DNA of 28,202 bases from Planctomycetaceae bacterium. Lineage in GTDB: Bacteria; Planctomycetota; Planctomycetia; Pirellulales; Pirellulaceae. Location: NCBI GenBank assembly GCA_040381235.1, contig JBEIHS010000013.1, positions 1-28,202 on the forward strand, written 5' to 3'. Shown here piece by piece: positions 10,138-21,799 of this stretch; the stretch's first letter is position 1; every line of letters starts with the position of its first letter. The translations under genes were made by a program, and so were the position numbers. A model generated the notes under the pieces. It did not search any database and was not told where the DNA came from. It was given only the letters and a program-made list of their open reading frames with translations.

Positions 10138-10277
10138 GGCGATCATCCCGGCGTCGCTTATCGCCGCGGAGCGGCGATCGGATGTCGCCCCCGGCTTCAG
10201 ACTGGAAACCCCGGTCTACCTCGACCGAACAACGCGGCCGTGGAACGGCCCTAGGCCCGTGGATCGGTCGAGGGACT

Positions 10278-10343
10278 CGCGCCGCCGCGCCGGACTGGAA
10301 GTCCGGCGTACGCGCCGCCGCGCCGGACTGCAAGTCCGGCGTA
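10278..10343. repeat. Two tandem 33-bp units, each forming a 9-bp-stem hairpin; candidate bidirectional terminator or REP-like element
   Basis: The unit cgcgccgccgcgccggactg(g/c)aagtccggcgta occurs twice (10278-10310 and 10311-10343) with one mismatch. Each holds cgccggact-NNN-agtccggcg (10288-10308 and 10321-10341). The units lie between the convergent ugd and methyltransferase genes. There is no U-tract. Confidence 0.85.
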
Positions 10344-10402
10344 CGCAGTGAAGCGAGCGACGATAACACGCCCGCTCGGAGGTACGCGTCTCGATGTCGG
10401 TG

Positions 10403-11170
10403 TCAATTGCCGTGGACGCTGGCACTGCGGAGATGGCGGACCCAGGCGGGCGGGAAATTGGCCAAGACCGTGGCCCGGGCCGAATGGTGCGCGGCGATCA
10501 ATTGGCCCATCGTTTGATCGACGGCGCGGATGCGGGCCGAATCCCGGCCCAGCGTCGCCAACCGCCGCAACGGACGGATGTACGCGTACTCGAAGTAGCT
10601 CAACGTGCCGCCCGGCTTGAGCAATCGCCGGTAGCTGGCGACGACATCGCGGGCCGCCTCGGGCGGGAAGTTCACATGCGGCAGGCCAGAGATGATGAAA
10701 TCGTAGCCGCCACCCGCATGCTCCTCGGCGAAACGCTCGAGCGGCGTTTCATGGATCGCCAACGCGGCGGGCGCGTCCCGCCACGCTGGCTCGACGGCCG
10801 CTCGCCGCCGCAGCTCCGCGGCAAAGAGTGGATTGAGCTCGACGACATCCAGACGATCGCCCGCTCGCAGCAGCCGGAGAATCCGTCCCGTGAAGGCCCC
10901 AGTGCCGGCGCCGCATTCCAGAACCCGAAGCGAACCGCGGCCGTCGCCGCCCGCGGCCGCGTTGCCGCCCGCGGCCGCGTCGCCGCCCGCGGCCGAGTCG
11001 CCGCCGGTTCGCTCCTGTGCCAAACGCCGAGTGATTTCCAGCGCCAGGAACGGGCTGCTCGGCGCGATCGAACCTGTGTCACGGAACCGCGCGCGAAACT
11101 GCCGCGCAAAGAGAGCCGCTCGACGCACGCCGTCCCACATCGTTGCTTCTCCCCAATTCTTCCCCGGCAA
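10403..11170 (-). CDS. Class I SAM-dependent methyltransferase, phospholipid N-methyltransferase-like (COG3963-type N-terminus)
   Basis: N-terminal FRDTGSIAPSSPFLALEIT resembles the (x)GAxxPSSxxLa signature of COG3963 enzymes. SAM motif I is VLECGAGTGAFTGRIL; later motifs are DFIISGLP and LKPGGTLSYFEY. A low-complexity insert, GGDSAAGGDAAAGGNAAAGGDG, is encoded by an 18-bp repeat at 10943-11005. Confidence 0.75.
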   Translation of the reverse strand: MPGKNWGEATMWDGVRRAALFARQFRARFRDTGSIAPSSPFLALEITRRLAQERTGGDSAAGGDAAAGGNAAAGGDGRGSLRVLECGAGTGAFTGRILRLLRAGDRLDVVELNPLFAAELRRRAAVEPAWRDAPAALAIHETPLERFAEEHAGGGYDFIISGLPHVNFPPEAARDVVASYRRLLKPGGTLSYFEYAYIRPLRRLATLGRDSARIRAVDQTMGQLIAAHHSARATVLANFPPAWVRHLRSASVHGN

Positions 11171-11205
11171 CCGTCAGCTCGTCGGACGCGGCCTTCCTGT
11201 CGAAC

Positions 11206-12174
11206 TTAAGCGACCCCTCTCGCCATGCCGGCGACCGACTCGTCTTCGACCGACTCGTCTTCGATCGACTCGTCTTCGACCGACTCGACGGATTCTCCGT
11301 TCATCGCCATTTGCGCGTCCGTGTCGGCAGGCCGAAGGCCCGCGGCGCCGCTGGCGGCGTGACGGTGGGCCGACGCTGGCCAACCGACGGTCTGCGGAGC
11401 GCGTTGTGGAAAGAACGACTCCAGGACCATTTCGCCCGATAAGTGCTCGACCAGCGCCGTGCAGTTCTCGACCCAGTCGCCGATGTTGACGTACACCGAC
11501 GAGTCGCCCAGGCCGGTGACTCCTGGCGCATGGATGTGGCCGCAGATCACTCCGTGGCAATGGCGATCCCGAACGTATTGTTCCAGCCGCCGTTCGAAGT
11601 GGCTGAAGAACCGCGCGATCGACTTGACGCGGTTTTTGATATAGGCGCACCAGGCGTAAGGACTGGTCGCCGCCCCGGCCATCCGGTTGAACAGCCAATT
11701 GGCGTAGAGCAGCGGTTCGTACAAATAAGTCAAACCGACCGAGAGCCATTGATGGCGCTGTTCGACACAGTCGAACTTGTCGCCATGCAACGCCAGGAAC
11801 CGGCGGCCATCCAGCATTTCAATCACGAATTCATCGCGGATCGTCACATCCAGTCCGCTCTTTTCGATGAACCCGAGCACTGCCGGGTTGCGGAGGAAAT
11901 AGTCGTGGTTGCCGGGAGCGTAATAGATCTCGGTGCCGCGTTCGGCCAGCGAGAACAGCCGCTGCATGATCCCGGAGTAGGTCGCGTTCCAACGCCAGCC
12001 GGCGCGGAGCTTCCATCCGTCGAGAAAGTCGCCCAGGATAAACAATTGCTCGGGACGCACTCCGCGCAAATAGGCGAGAAAATTCTCGGCTTGCGCGTAG
12101 CGGCATCCCAAATGCACATCGCTGACAATCAGCGTGCGGACGCTACGTTCCTGAGCTTTCGGGTCGATGTCCAT
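11206..12174 (-). CDS. Calcineurin-like metallophosphoesterase of the LpxH/PlcP type (possible lipid-remodelling phospholipase C) with an acidic repeat tail
   Basis: Motifs: LIVSDVHLG, ILGDFLDGWKLRAGWRW, APGNHD, LHGDKFD, ICGHIHAP. The GDxxDxW...WxW pattern looks more like PlcP than LpxH (GDLFExWIGDD). The C-terminal (EDESV/I)n tail is encoded by 15-bp repeats at 11233-11292. The start overlaps the upstream GT gene by 32 nt. Confidence 0.8.
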   Translation of the reverse strand: MDIDPKAQERSVRTLIVSDVHLGCRYAQAENFLAYLRGVRPEQLFILGDFLDGWKLRAGWRWNATYSGIMQRLFSLAERGTEIYYAPGNHDYFLRNPAVLGFIEKSGLDVTIRDEFVIEMLDGRRFLALHGDKFDCVEQRHQWLSVGLTYLYEPLLYANWLFNRMAGAATSPYAWCAYIKNRVKSIARFFSHFERRLEQYVRDRHCHGVICGHIHAPGVTGLGDSSVYVNIGDWVENCTALVEHLSGEMVLESFFPQRAPQTVGWPASAHRHAASGAAGLRPADTDAQMAMNGESVESVEDESIEDESVEDESVAGMARGVA

Positions 12175-13492
12175 GAAGCCCTCGATGGCTGGAAAGTAAC
12201 TGCTCGCCCGGACGCGCTGGCGACGCCGCCGGCGCTTCCTTGCCGCGGACGCGCGGGCGAGTAACGAAAGACGTTGCGCGGAAACCGCTCACCAGCGCGC
12301 CGACAACGCCGGACGCCAGACGGTTTCGCCGGCGGGAGGCGGGGCCTTCCGCGTGAAACCGCGCGATGGTTTGTTCGTAGTGTTCGCGAACCCGTTCGAC
12401 CGAGCGGTCCCAGCCCCACGGCTCGACCGCCGCGCGGGCGCCCGCCGCCAGGCTGGCTCGATAGGTTTCGTCGGCCAGGAGCGGGGCGAGCACGCGGGCG
12501 GCGTCGGCCGCGTCGCGGGGCGTGTAGAGGAGCCCGTCGACACCGTCCCGGACAAGGCTCGGGATGCCGCCAGCTCGCGGCGCGACGACCGCCAGTCCGG
12601 CCGCCATCGCCTCCAGGATCACGTTTCCCATCGTTTCCGTTTCCGACGCGTAGACAAAGCCGTCCGCCGAGGCGTAAGCCGCGGCCAATTCGGCCCCGCG
12701 GAGATACCCCAGAAACTTCGTTCGGGTGCCCGCGAACAGCCGCTCGAGCTCCGACCGCTGCGGTCCATCGCCGACGATCGCCAATCGCACGCCATCGTGG
12801 CCCGCCGCCGGCAACCGCCGCATCAATTCGGCCAGGAATCCGACATTCTTCTCCGGCGCTAGCCGCGACACGGTGATCAGAACCCGGTCCTCGGGATGGC
12901 CATCCGTCAGTCGCGCCCGCATCGCCGCATCCCGCCGGCCGGGCGAAAACAGTTCGCAATCGACAGCCGGCGGCCACAATTCCACACGCTCGAAACCGGC
13001 CTTGGCCAGATCGTCCCGCATGATCGTCGAAACGGTCAGATTGCGGTCGGCTTGGTTATGATAGGAACGGGTCAGCCACCATAGCAGCCGCGACATCAAT
13101 GCCATGCCCGGATACTGCTTTACAAATTCGCCGTATAGCGTATGGAACGAAAACAGCTGCGGCAGCCGCTGCCGATACCGCGATAGCCAGTCATGGCATT
13201 GGAAGCCAAAGGCGAAAGGGTTCAGAAAGTGGACAATATCGGGTTGGAACGCGTCAACCGTTTCATAAAGCGAGCGATCGGGGACGCCAATGCGGTATTC
13301 GGGATACGAAGGGCAGGGAAATGACGGAAAGGCGGTCATCGGCACGGGCGAGTCGACGCGGCCGTCGGACCGCGGGCACACGACCATCACCTCATCGCCG
13401 CGGTTCCGCAGATGCCGGATCAGATGCATGGTGCGATGCACCACGCCATCCACCTTCGGCAGATAGACCTCGGCGATGATCAATATGCGCAT
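12143..13492 (-). CDS. GT4-family glycosyltransferase, SqdX/SQD2/Agt-like (diacylglycerol glycosyl- or glucuronosyl-transferase candidate)
   Basis: MRILIIAEVYLPKVDGVVHRTMHLIRHLRNRGDEVMVVCP closely mirrors the SqdX-type N-terminus (E.FLPKVDG.V.R). The E-x7-E region is ASETETMGNVILEAMAAGLAVVAPRAGGIPSLV. I chose ATG 13492; the track ORF starts at 13531. Confidence 0.88.
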   Translation of the reverse strand: MRILIIAEVYLPKVDGVVHRTMHLIRHLRNRGDEVMVVCPRSDGRVDSPVPMTAFPSFPCPSYPEYRIGVPDRSLYETVDAFQPDIVHFLNPFAFGFQCHDWLSRYRQRLPQLFSFHTLYGEFVKQYPGMALMSRLLWWLTRSYHNQADRNLTVSTIMRDDLAKAGFERVELWPPAVDCELFSPGRRDAAMRARLTDGHPEDRVLITVSRLAPEKNVGFLAELMRRLPAAGHDGVRLAIVGDGPQRSELERLFAGTRTKFLGYLRGAELAAAYASADGFVYASETETMGNVILEAMAAGLAVVAPRAGGIPSLVRDGVDGLLYTPRDAADAARVLAPLLADETYRASLAAGARAAVEPWGWDRSVERVREHYEQTIARFHAEGPASRRRNRLASGVVGALVSGFRATSFVTRPRVRGKEAPAASPARPGEQLLSSHRGLHGHRPESSGT

Positions 13493-13537
13493 CGAAAGCC
13501 ATCCTGTCCTGTAAAGGTTCCGTCCGTCCATTCAATT

Positions 13538-13607
13538 GTGGCGGAGTCTGGGTGGCGGAGTCTGGGTGGGGGAGACTGAGTGGCGGAGTCTGGGTGGCGG
13601 GGCTCAG
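13538..13607. repeat. 14-bp tandem repeat x5 in the gap between the methyltransferase and GT4 genes
   Basis: gtggcggagtctgg occurs at 13538, 13552 and 13580. Degenerate copies are gtgggggagactga (13566) and gtggcggggctcag (13594). The last copy covers the methyltransferase stop (13604-13606). The array ends 46 nt upstream of GT start 13492. Confidence 0.9.
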
Positions 13608-14473
13608 TCGCCGTCGCCGCGTTCGGGCGAGCCGTCTTCGTAGGGGGACTCGCCCGGCGACGGCTTTCGGCCCAGGGCCACCACGATCCGATGGGAATCG
13701 GAGATCGGGAAAACCCACAAATTGAAGAACGTTCGCAGCGCTTTTCCCGCTTGATGCAAACGCAGCTGTTCGATGAACGGTGTCAACCAGGCTCCGCGCC
13801 ACGCGAATGCCATGAAGGCGTCGAAGTCGGCGAAATCGAGTCGCGGCGCGAACGTTTCGGCCGATTGGACCCGGAACGAATGTTCCCGCATCACCGATTC
13901 GACGGCCGATTGGTCGAACGGCGTCTTTAAGTTGCCAAGGTCGAGTTCGCGGCCGCCATGCAGCCGGCGGATCAGCGGCGACCGGGCCACTCGACGCAGT
14001 TCCGGAAATCCTTGGCTGGTTCCGCCCACAAACGACCAATAGCCGCCTGGCTTGAGCCGCCGATGGACTTCCGGGGCGAGCACGCTGATCGGCACGAAGC
14101 CAGTGATGAAATGCGTGCATATCAAATCGAATTGGCAATCCGGAAAGTGCCGTCCCAAGTTGGCGGCGTCGTCGCGAGCGACCCGTAAATCGGGAATCCG
14201 CGTCTTGGCCACCTCCAGCATCCGCTCGGAGATATCAAGTCCATGAGGCCGGATCGGCAGTCGCGAGGCGGATCGGAGGCGTTCGCAAAAGACGCCTGTG
14301 CCAATACCCACATCGAACACATCGAGCGGACCGGAGGAGGTCCGTTCGAGTTCCGCGGCGGCGAGATGTCCTAGCGCCATTCCGAGCGCGTTTGTGGTGA
14401 CTTGCAAAGGATCGAGATCGTAATGCGGTGCGATGATCTCGTCGTACTGGCGTTGGATATCCGTGTTCATCAT
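13604..14473 (-). CDS. Class I SAM-dependent methyltransferase
   Basis: Motif I: LDVFDVGIGTGVFCERL. Post-I: GLDISERMLEVA. Motif III-like: RLKPGGYWSFVG. Homology begins near MMNTDIQRQYDEIIAPHYD, so I chose ATG 14473. The track ORF runs to 14659. Confidence 0.8.
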   Translation of the reverse strand: MMNTDIQRQYDEIIAPHYDLDPLQVTTNALGMALGHLAAAELERTSSGPLDVFDVGIGTGVFCERLRSASRLPIRPHGLDISERMLEVAKTRIPDLRVARDDAANLGRHFPDCQFDLICTHFITGFVPISVLAPEVHRRLKPGGYWSFVGGTSQGFPELRRVARSPLIRRLHGGRELDLGNLKTPFDQSAVESVMREHSFRVQSAETFAPRLDFADFDAFMAFAWRGAWLTPFIEQLRLHQAGKALRTFFNLWVFPISDSHRIVVALGRKPSPGESPYEDGSPERGDGD

Positions 14474-14711
14474 GGTCGGATCGGGGCCGCGGGAACGCGA
14501 AATGGCGAAGGACACCGGCCGAAGCTTCGTGCTCGGCTGGCGAGAATGTCGTCGCCGTCCTCTATGACTTTGATGAAAGAAAGTTGAAATCTCGCTACAT
14601 GATTTGGCGGAAACTCCGCATCTTCGCCTCTCCAAAAATTCATCGTGCCCGCTGACCATTCACGCCGCTGGGTCCAACGGATGCCCGGCAGTTCACGGCT
14701 GGGAGCGGCGA
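14474..14711. promoter_or_regulatory. Divergent intergenic/promoter region between the two lipid-gene operons
   Basis: A 238-bp gap separates the inferred starts 14473 (-) and 14712 (+). It has a locally AT-richer core at about 14562-14607 (ctatgactttgatgaaagaaagttgaaatctcgctacatgatttgg). GGGAG lies 6 nt before ATG 14712. I could not call a specific operator. Confidence 0.5.
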
Positions 14712-16241
14712 ATGGTCAATGCGGAATACGACTTCGACGTGATCGTCATTGGCGGCGGCGCGGGCGGCGCGGCGTTCGCCTCGGCGTGTGCCGCCGCTGG
14801 CAAGAGTGTGTTGATCGTCGAACGCGGGCCGAGGACGGCGGGCGAGCCGCAGCCGCGGGGCGAGCGGCAGACGCTGGTCGAAAAACTGCCCTACGACGAC
14901 CGGGCCATTGAAGTCAATGAAGCGCCGCTGCGGTTATTCATGGGCGGAATTCTCGGCGGTGGAACGGCCGTGTATGGCGCGGCCATGCTGCGGCCCAGCC
15001 GCGACGATTTCACTCCGGGACGACACTACGGCACGCTGCTGGAACGACCGCTGTGGGACTGGGTCGTCTCGTACGAGCAACTCGAACCGTTCTACGACGA
15101 GGCCGAGGAACTGTTTCAGTTGGCCAGCAGCCATGAGGACGATTTTGGACCGCTCGAACGGCCGAAAAGCCGCCAAAACGCTTCACTGTTGCCGCTCGCT
15201 CCCATCAATCAGCGGCTGATCGCCCGCAACCGCGAGCATGGTTTGCGTCCCTTCCGTCTACCGCTCGCGATCGACACGCAGCGGTGCGAGCGGTGTTCGG
15301 CCTGCGCTGGCTTTCTCTGCCCGAACGGCGCCAGGCGATCGGCGGCCGCCGTGATTCAGGAACTCGCCGAGCGCCACCGCGTGCACGTCATGGTCAATGC
15401 CGAAGTCGAGCAGTTGCTGCTCGCCCCGGGCGGCCCTCGCGCGGCGCGGAACGAAGGCGGCGTGCGGGGCGTGGTGATCCGGGATCGCCGCACGCAATCG
15501 ACGGCTACGTATCGTGCTCGTTGCTACGCCCTGGCGGCCGGCGCGATCGCCTCGCCGGCGATCGCGCTCAAGTCGGGCTTCGACGGGCCGCATGTCGGCC
15601 GCAATTACATGATGCATTACTCGCCGTTGGCCGCCGGCGTGTTCGCGAAGCCGACGGGCGGCGACGAGTCTTTCATCAAGCAGGTCGGGTTCGCGGATTT
15701 TTACTTCGGCACGCCGGAATTCCAGCGAAAGATGGGCATCGTCCAGTCGCTGCCCGTGCCCGGTCCGCTGATGCTGCGCAAGACGGGAATGCGCCGCTGG
15801 CCGGCGGGACTGGTCGGCTCGCTGCGTCGCCGCCTGCTGCCGCTCGTGGGGATTGTCGAGGATCTTCCCGATCCGCGGAATCGCGTGTTTCTCAAAGAGT
15901 CGGGCACGATCGCCCTGGCGCATCAGTTCAGCCGTTTCGATCGGCTGCGCGGCAAGTTTCTCGCCAAGGCGATGCGGCGGGTGTTGCGACGGGCCGGCGC
16001 CGTGATCCGGCTGACGAAGCAGTTCCCGTCGCAAGAGCACGTCGCGCACCAGTGCGGCACCCTGCGGATGGGCGCCGATCCGCGGACGGCTGCGGTCGAT
16101 GCCGACTGCCGGATGTTCGGCGCGCCGAATCTGTACGTCGTCGATGGCAGCGTCCTGCCGACATCGCTGGGCGTTGGCCCCTCGTTGACGATTGTCGCCA
16201 ACGCCTTGCGGGTCGCGCGGATCGCATGCCGCGACGCGTAA
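14712..16241 (+). CDS. GMC-family FAD-dependent oxidoreductase (gluconate-2-dehydrogenase / glucoside-3-dehydrogenase-like branch)
   Basis: N-terminal FAD fold: YDFDVIVIGGGAGGAAFASACAAAGKSVLIVERG. C-terminus: HQCGTLRMGADPRTAAVDADCRMFGAPNLYVVDGSVLPTSLGVGPSLTIVANALRVA. I chose ATG 14712 (MVNAEYDF...); the track ORF starts at 14604. Confidence 0.88.
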   Translation: MVNAEYDFDVIVIGGGAGGAAFASACAAAGKSVLIVERGPRTAGEPQPRGERQTLVEKLPYDDRAIEVNEAPLRLFMGGILGGGTAVYGAAMLRPSRDDFTPGRHYGTLLERPLWDWVVSYEQLEPFYDEAEELFQLASSHEDDFGPLERPKSRQNASLLPLAPINQRLIARNREHGLRPFRLPLAIDTQRCERCSACAGFLCPNGARRSAAAVIQELAERHRVHVMVNAEVEQLLLAPGGPRAARNEGGVRGVVIRDRRTQSTATYRARCYALAAGAIASPAIALKSGFDGPHVGRNYMMHYSPLAAGVFAKPTGGDESFIKQVGFADFYFGTPEFQRKMGIVQSLPVPGPLMLRKTGMRRWPAGLVGSLRRRLLPLVGIVEDLPDPRNRVFLKESGTIALAHQFSRFDRLRGKFLAKAMRRVLRRAGAVIRLTKQFPSQEHVAHQCGTLRMGADPRTAAVDADCRMFGAPNLYVVDGSVLPTSLGVGPSLTIVANALRVARIACRDA

Positions 16242-16264
16242 CCCTTCGACCATTTCCACGAACC

Positions 16265-17206
16265 ATGAAACCGGCCCGAGATTGCCTCGAACGAGACCCT
16301 ACCGGAACCATGCATAGCACAGATACAGACGCCCGTCGGGAAGAGTGGCGGCAAGCCCGGCAGATTCATGGAGGCACTTGGGGACTGTGCCTCGCGTCTT
16401 TGGGAGTGCGGCTGTCGCGATTGCCGATTCCCTCCCGCGGCCTGCGGGAACGCGTCTTTCGAACCGTTTATGGCCGCAAGTACCGCGCGCTCGACGAAAC
16501 GGAACTTGACCGGCCGCTCGCCGACTTCCGCTCGTTCAACGAACTGTTCACGCGCGGCGTCCGGCCGGAATGCCGTCCCATCGACCGCGAAAGCCCGGGG
16601 CTGGTCGCCCCGTGCGACGCTGAAGTCCAGGATGTCGGCACGCTCCGCGGCGATACGTTGCTCACGGTGAAAGATATCGCCTACCCGCTCGATGCGCTCC
16701 TGCCCGGCATGGACAACACGGCGCTCGTCGGCGGTCAATTCGCCATCCTGTTCCTCTCGCCAGCCGACTGTCATCGCGTGTTCGCGCCGGCCGCCGGCGA
16801 GGTGCGGTCGATCGCGCATGTTCCCGGACGGCGCCTGCTGGTTCATCCGCCGTATCAACGTCCCGAGTTCCCCGTATTCACCCTGAATGAGCGTTTGGTG
16901 ATTCGCGTCGCGACCGCGCAGGGCGAGTACGCGCTCGTGATGGTCGCCGGTTGGGGCGTCGGCCATATCACGCATCCGCCGGGCGTGTTGTCGGCGTGGA
17001 GCGATCGCCGACTTTCCCGCCATCATGTGACGCGGCTCGACCAACCCCCCAATGCCCGCATCGAACGCGGCCAGTGGATCGCGACCTTCGAACTCGGTTC
17101 GACCGTCGTCTTGATCACCGCGCGGGCGTTGCAGGCGACGCCGCGAGTCGCCGCCGGCCAACGTGTCATTTACGGCCGGCCGCTGTTCGGCATGGAGCCG
17201 GCCTGA
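16265..17206 (+). CDS. psd: Phosphatidylserine decarboxylase-family proenzyme (pyruvoyl-dependent decarboxylase)
   Basis: This is the C-terminal third of track ORF 15284..17206. Motifs: FNELFTRGVRPECRPI, LVAPCDAEV, FLSPADCHRVFAP, TLNERLV, VMVAGWGVGHI. The self-cleavage motif is FELGSTVV, with Gly-Ser codons at 17096-17101. Start is ATG 16265 (24 nt after the GMC stop) or ATG 16310. Confidence 0.85.
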   Translation: MKPARDCLERDPTGTMHSTDTDARREEWRQARQIHGGTWGLCLASLGVRLSRLPIPSRGLRERVFRTVYGRKYRALDETELDRPLADFRSFNELFTRGVRPECRPIDRESPGLVAPCDAEVQDVGTLRGDTLLTVKDIAYPLDALLPGMDNTALVGGQFAILFLSPADCHRVFAPAAGEVRSIAHVPGRRLLVHPPYQRPEFPVFTLNERLVIRVATAQGEYALVMVAGWGVGHITHPPGVLSAWSDRRLSRHHVTRLDQPPNARIERGQWIATFELGSTVVLITARALQATPRVAAGQRVIYGRPLFGMEPA

Positions 17207-19030
17207 TGACCGCCCCGCTTATCGCCATCGCGGCGACTCCGGAACGCCAAGCGCTGCTGGACAGCGCCCTCGCCACTTGGTGCCAGACGCTCGGCGGGGG
17301 ATCGACCGGGCGACGCGTTGTCGTGGCTTGGCTGCCCGACGAGCCATCGCAGCTGCGGCAGCTAATGCAGCGCATGCGGGCGAGCGCCCCGCAGCACGTG
17401 CCGCTGCACGCGCCGTCCGGCGACGACGATTTCGCAGCGCGTCTGCAAGCTGGATTGCGAGCCGGATTGCCAGCCGGATCGGAGAGAGACTCGCGCCGTG
17501 ACGTGCGCCATGACTTGCCAAAAGACGCGCGAACAGACGTGCCAGTTGATGTGCCGACTGATGTGCCGACTGATGTGCCGACTGATGTGCCAACGGAGCG
17601 GCCGCGGGTTGTGCTGATCGGCTCGGCGCGTGCGTACGAGCACTCGGCGCGGGACCGTCTGGAAATGTCGCTTGTGGAAAGTCTCCGTGACGGTGCGGCG
17701 GCGGTGCGGTTGTTGCGTGTGGGCGAAGTGTTATCGGCCAAGTTTGGCTTGCCGCGGAGGTTCGCGCGGCGCGTGGCTTGGCGGTCGTTCGCTGTTTCGC
17801 AGCGCCAGGATTGCTTTCCGACGGCGGCCGAACTGATTGCGGCGGTGTCCAAGTTGCTTGCCGGCGAGGGTCCCTGGTTTCGCGAACAGGCGTTGCTGGG
17901 ACGACGTCGCACAGCCGGCGAAGCGCTGGAAGAGTACGTGCGCGAAGCGGCCGCTGGCGGCACATCCGTTCCCGAACGTCCGTTGTCCCGAGGCTTGGGG
18001 CGGCTATCGCGATGGTTTCGCGCGGGGCCGAAGGCGGCCGGCGCCACGACCGCGCATGCACCGCTTCAGCCTGCCGACACGCGACGGCTCCTTGCGCTTT
18101 GCGGCACGTTCAATCGACCCCACGTGGCGCTCGCGGGATTCAACACCGGCGTGAATCATTTCGGCTGGCGATATCCGGGCAAGACGGTCGTCCAGACCCT
18201 GCAAACCGGAAAACGCATCCGCGTCCGCGGCGCCATCCTGGAGGCTGACGCCGGCGTGCTGATCAAAGACGCCGTCGCCGCTTTGCGACAAGCGGGGTGT
18301 GAATTCCTCGTGCTGCCGAACTATTCCTACGTCAGCTTGGGAACCGTGTTCATGGTGCCGGTCCATGGCTCGGGCTGCGAAGTCTCGACGCTTGGGGAAA
18401 CGATCGTCAAGGCGTTGGTCTACGATCCGGCGACCGATCGGATTGTTCGCGTCCGTCGCGGCGACAGCCAGTTCGACCGCTGGATGTACAACCCGGAGAG
18501 CGGCGTGGTGGTGCTGCGGTTGTGGTTCCGCGTGCGGCCCCGCTTTCGCTATTTTCGGCAACAACGCACGCTCGCCGCGCCATCCGCCGCCGAGCTGTGG
18601 AATGCGTTTCGCGACCCCGATGCCAGCCATATCGAAGCTCGCAAGCAACGCGCGGCCGACCGGCACGTGAGCCTCTACCGCTATCGGCTTGACGCCGACG
18701 GACTCGGCGGACCGGCCGAGGAGCTGCCGCGGGACACAATCGGCCGGGTGTGGGACCGGATCGAGCGGAACCGAGTCGCCGCCACGCTGTTCCACGCCTT
18801 TGTCCGCAATTTTGGATTCCATGTCGAACTGTTTCTGAACGAGGCGGAATTCGCCCGGTTTTGGGAACATCATCGCGGTCTGCCGCTCGCGAAAATGCAG
18901 TTCCGGCTGGCGCGGCGCGATGGACTGCCCCACTCCCCCTGCGGCGATTGCGACCGCATGTCGATCGATCTGTTCATGAGTCGCCGGCGCAGCGCCCGGT
19001 TCCTCGCTTTCGTCAAGGAACATCTGCCCC

Positions 19031-21765
<2,735 letters not shown>

Positions 21766-21778
<13 letters not shown>

Positions 21779-21799
21779 GGAGTAGGGAGTAGGGAGTGG
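21766..21799 (+). repeat. Heptamer repeat (GAGTAGG) x4.7 covering the aminotransferase stop codon; (G3N4)3G3 pattern on the + strand
   Basis: gagtagg is repeated from 21766. GGG tracts sit at 21771-73, 21778-80, 21785-87 and 21792-94, separated by AGTA. Stop TAG at 21776-21778 lies inside the repeat. Confidence 0.9.

Noticed and set aside
14474-14711. Pho-box-like or other specific operator in the divergent lipid promoter (ATTCATCG 14638, ATTCACGC 14658, GTTCACGG 14691)
   Set aside because: The half-sites are short, irregularly spaced (20 and 33 nt) and do not match a known consensus. Support is too weak to call.
15284-16264. N-terminal 327 codons of track ORF 15284..17206, which would make a 640-aa Psd
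   Set aside because: This part overlaps the GMC oxidoreductase in another frame and is Arg-rich nonsense. PSD homology starts only after ATG 16265/16310.
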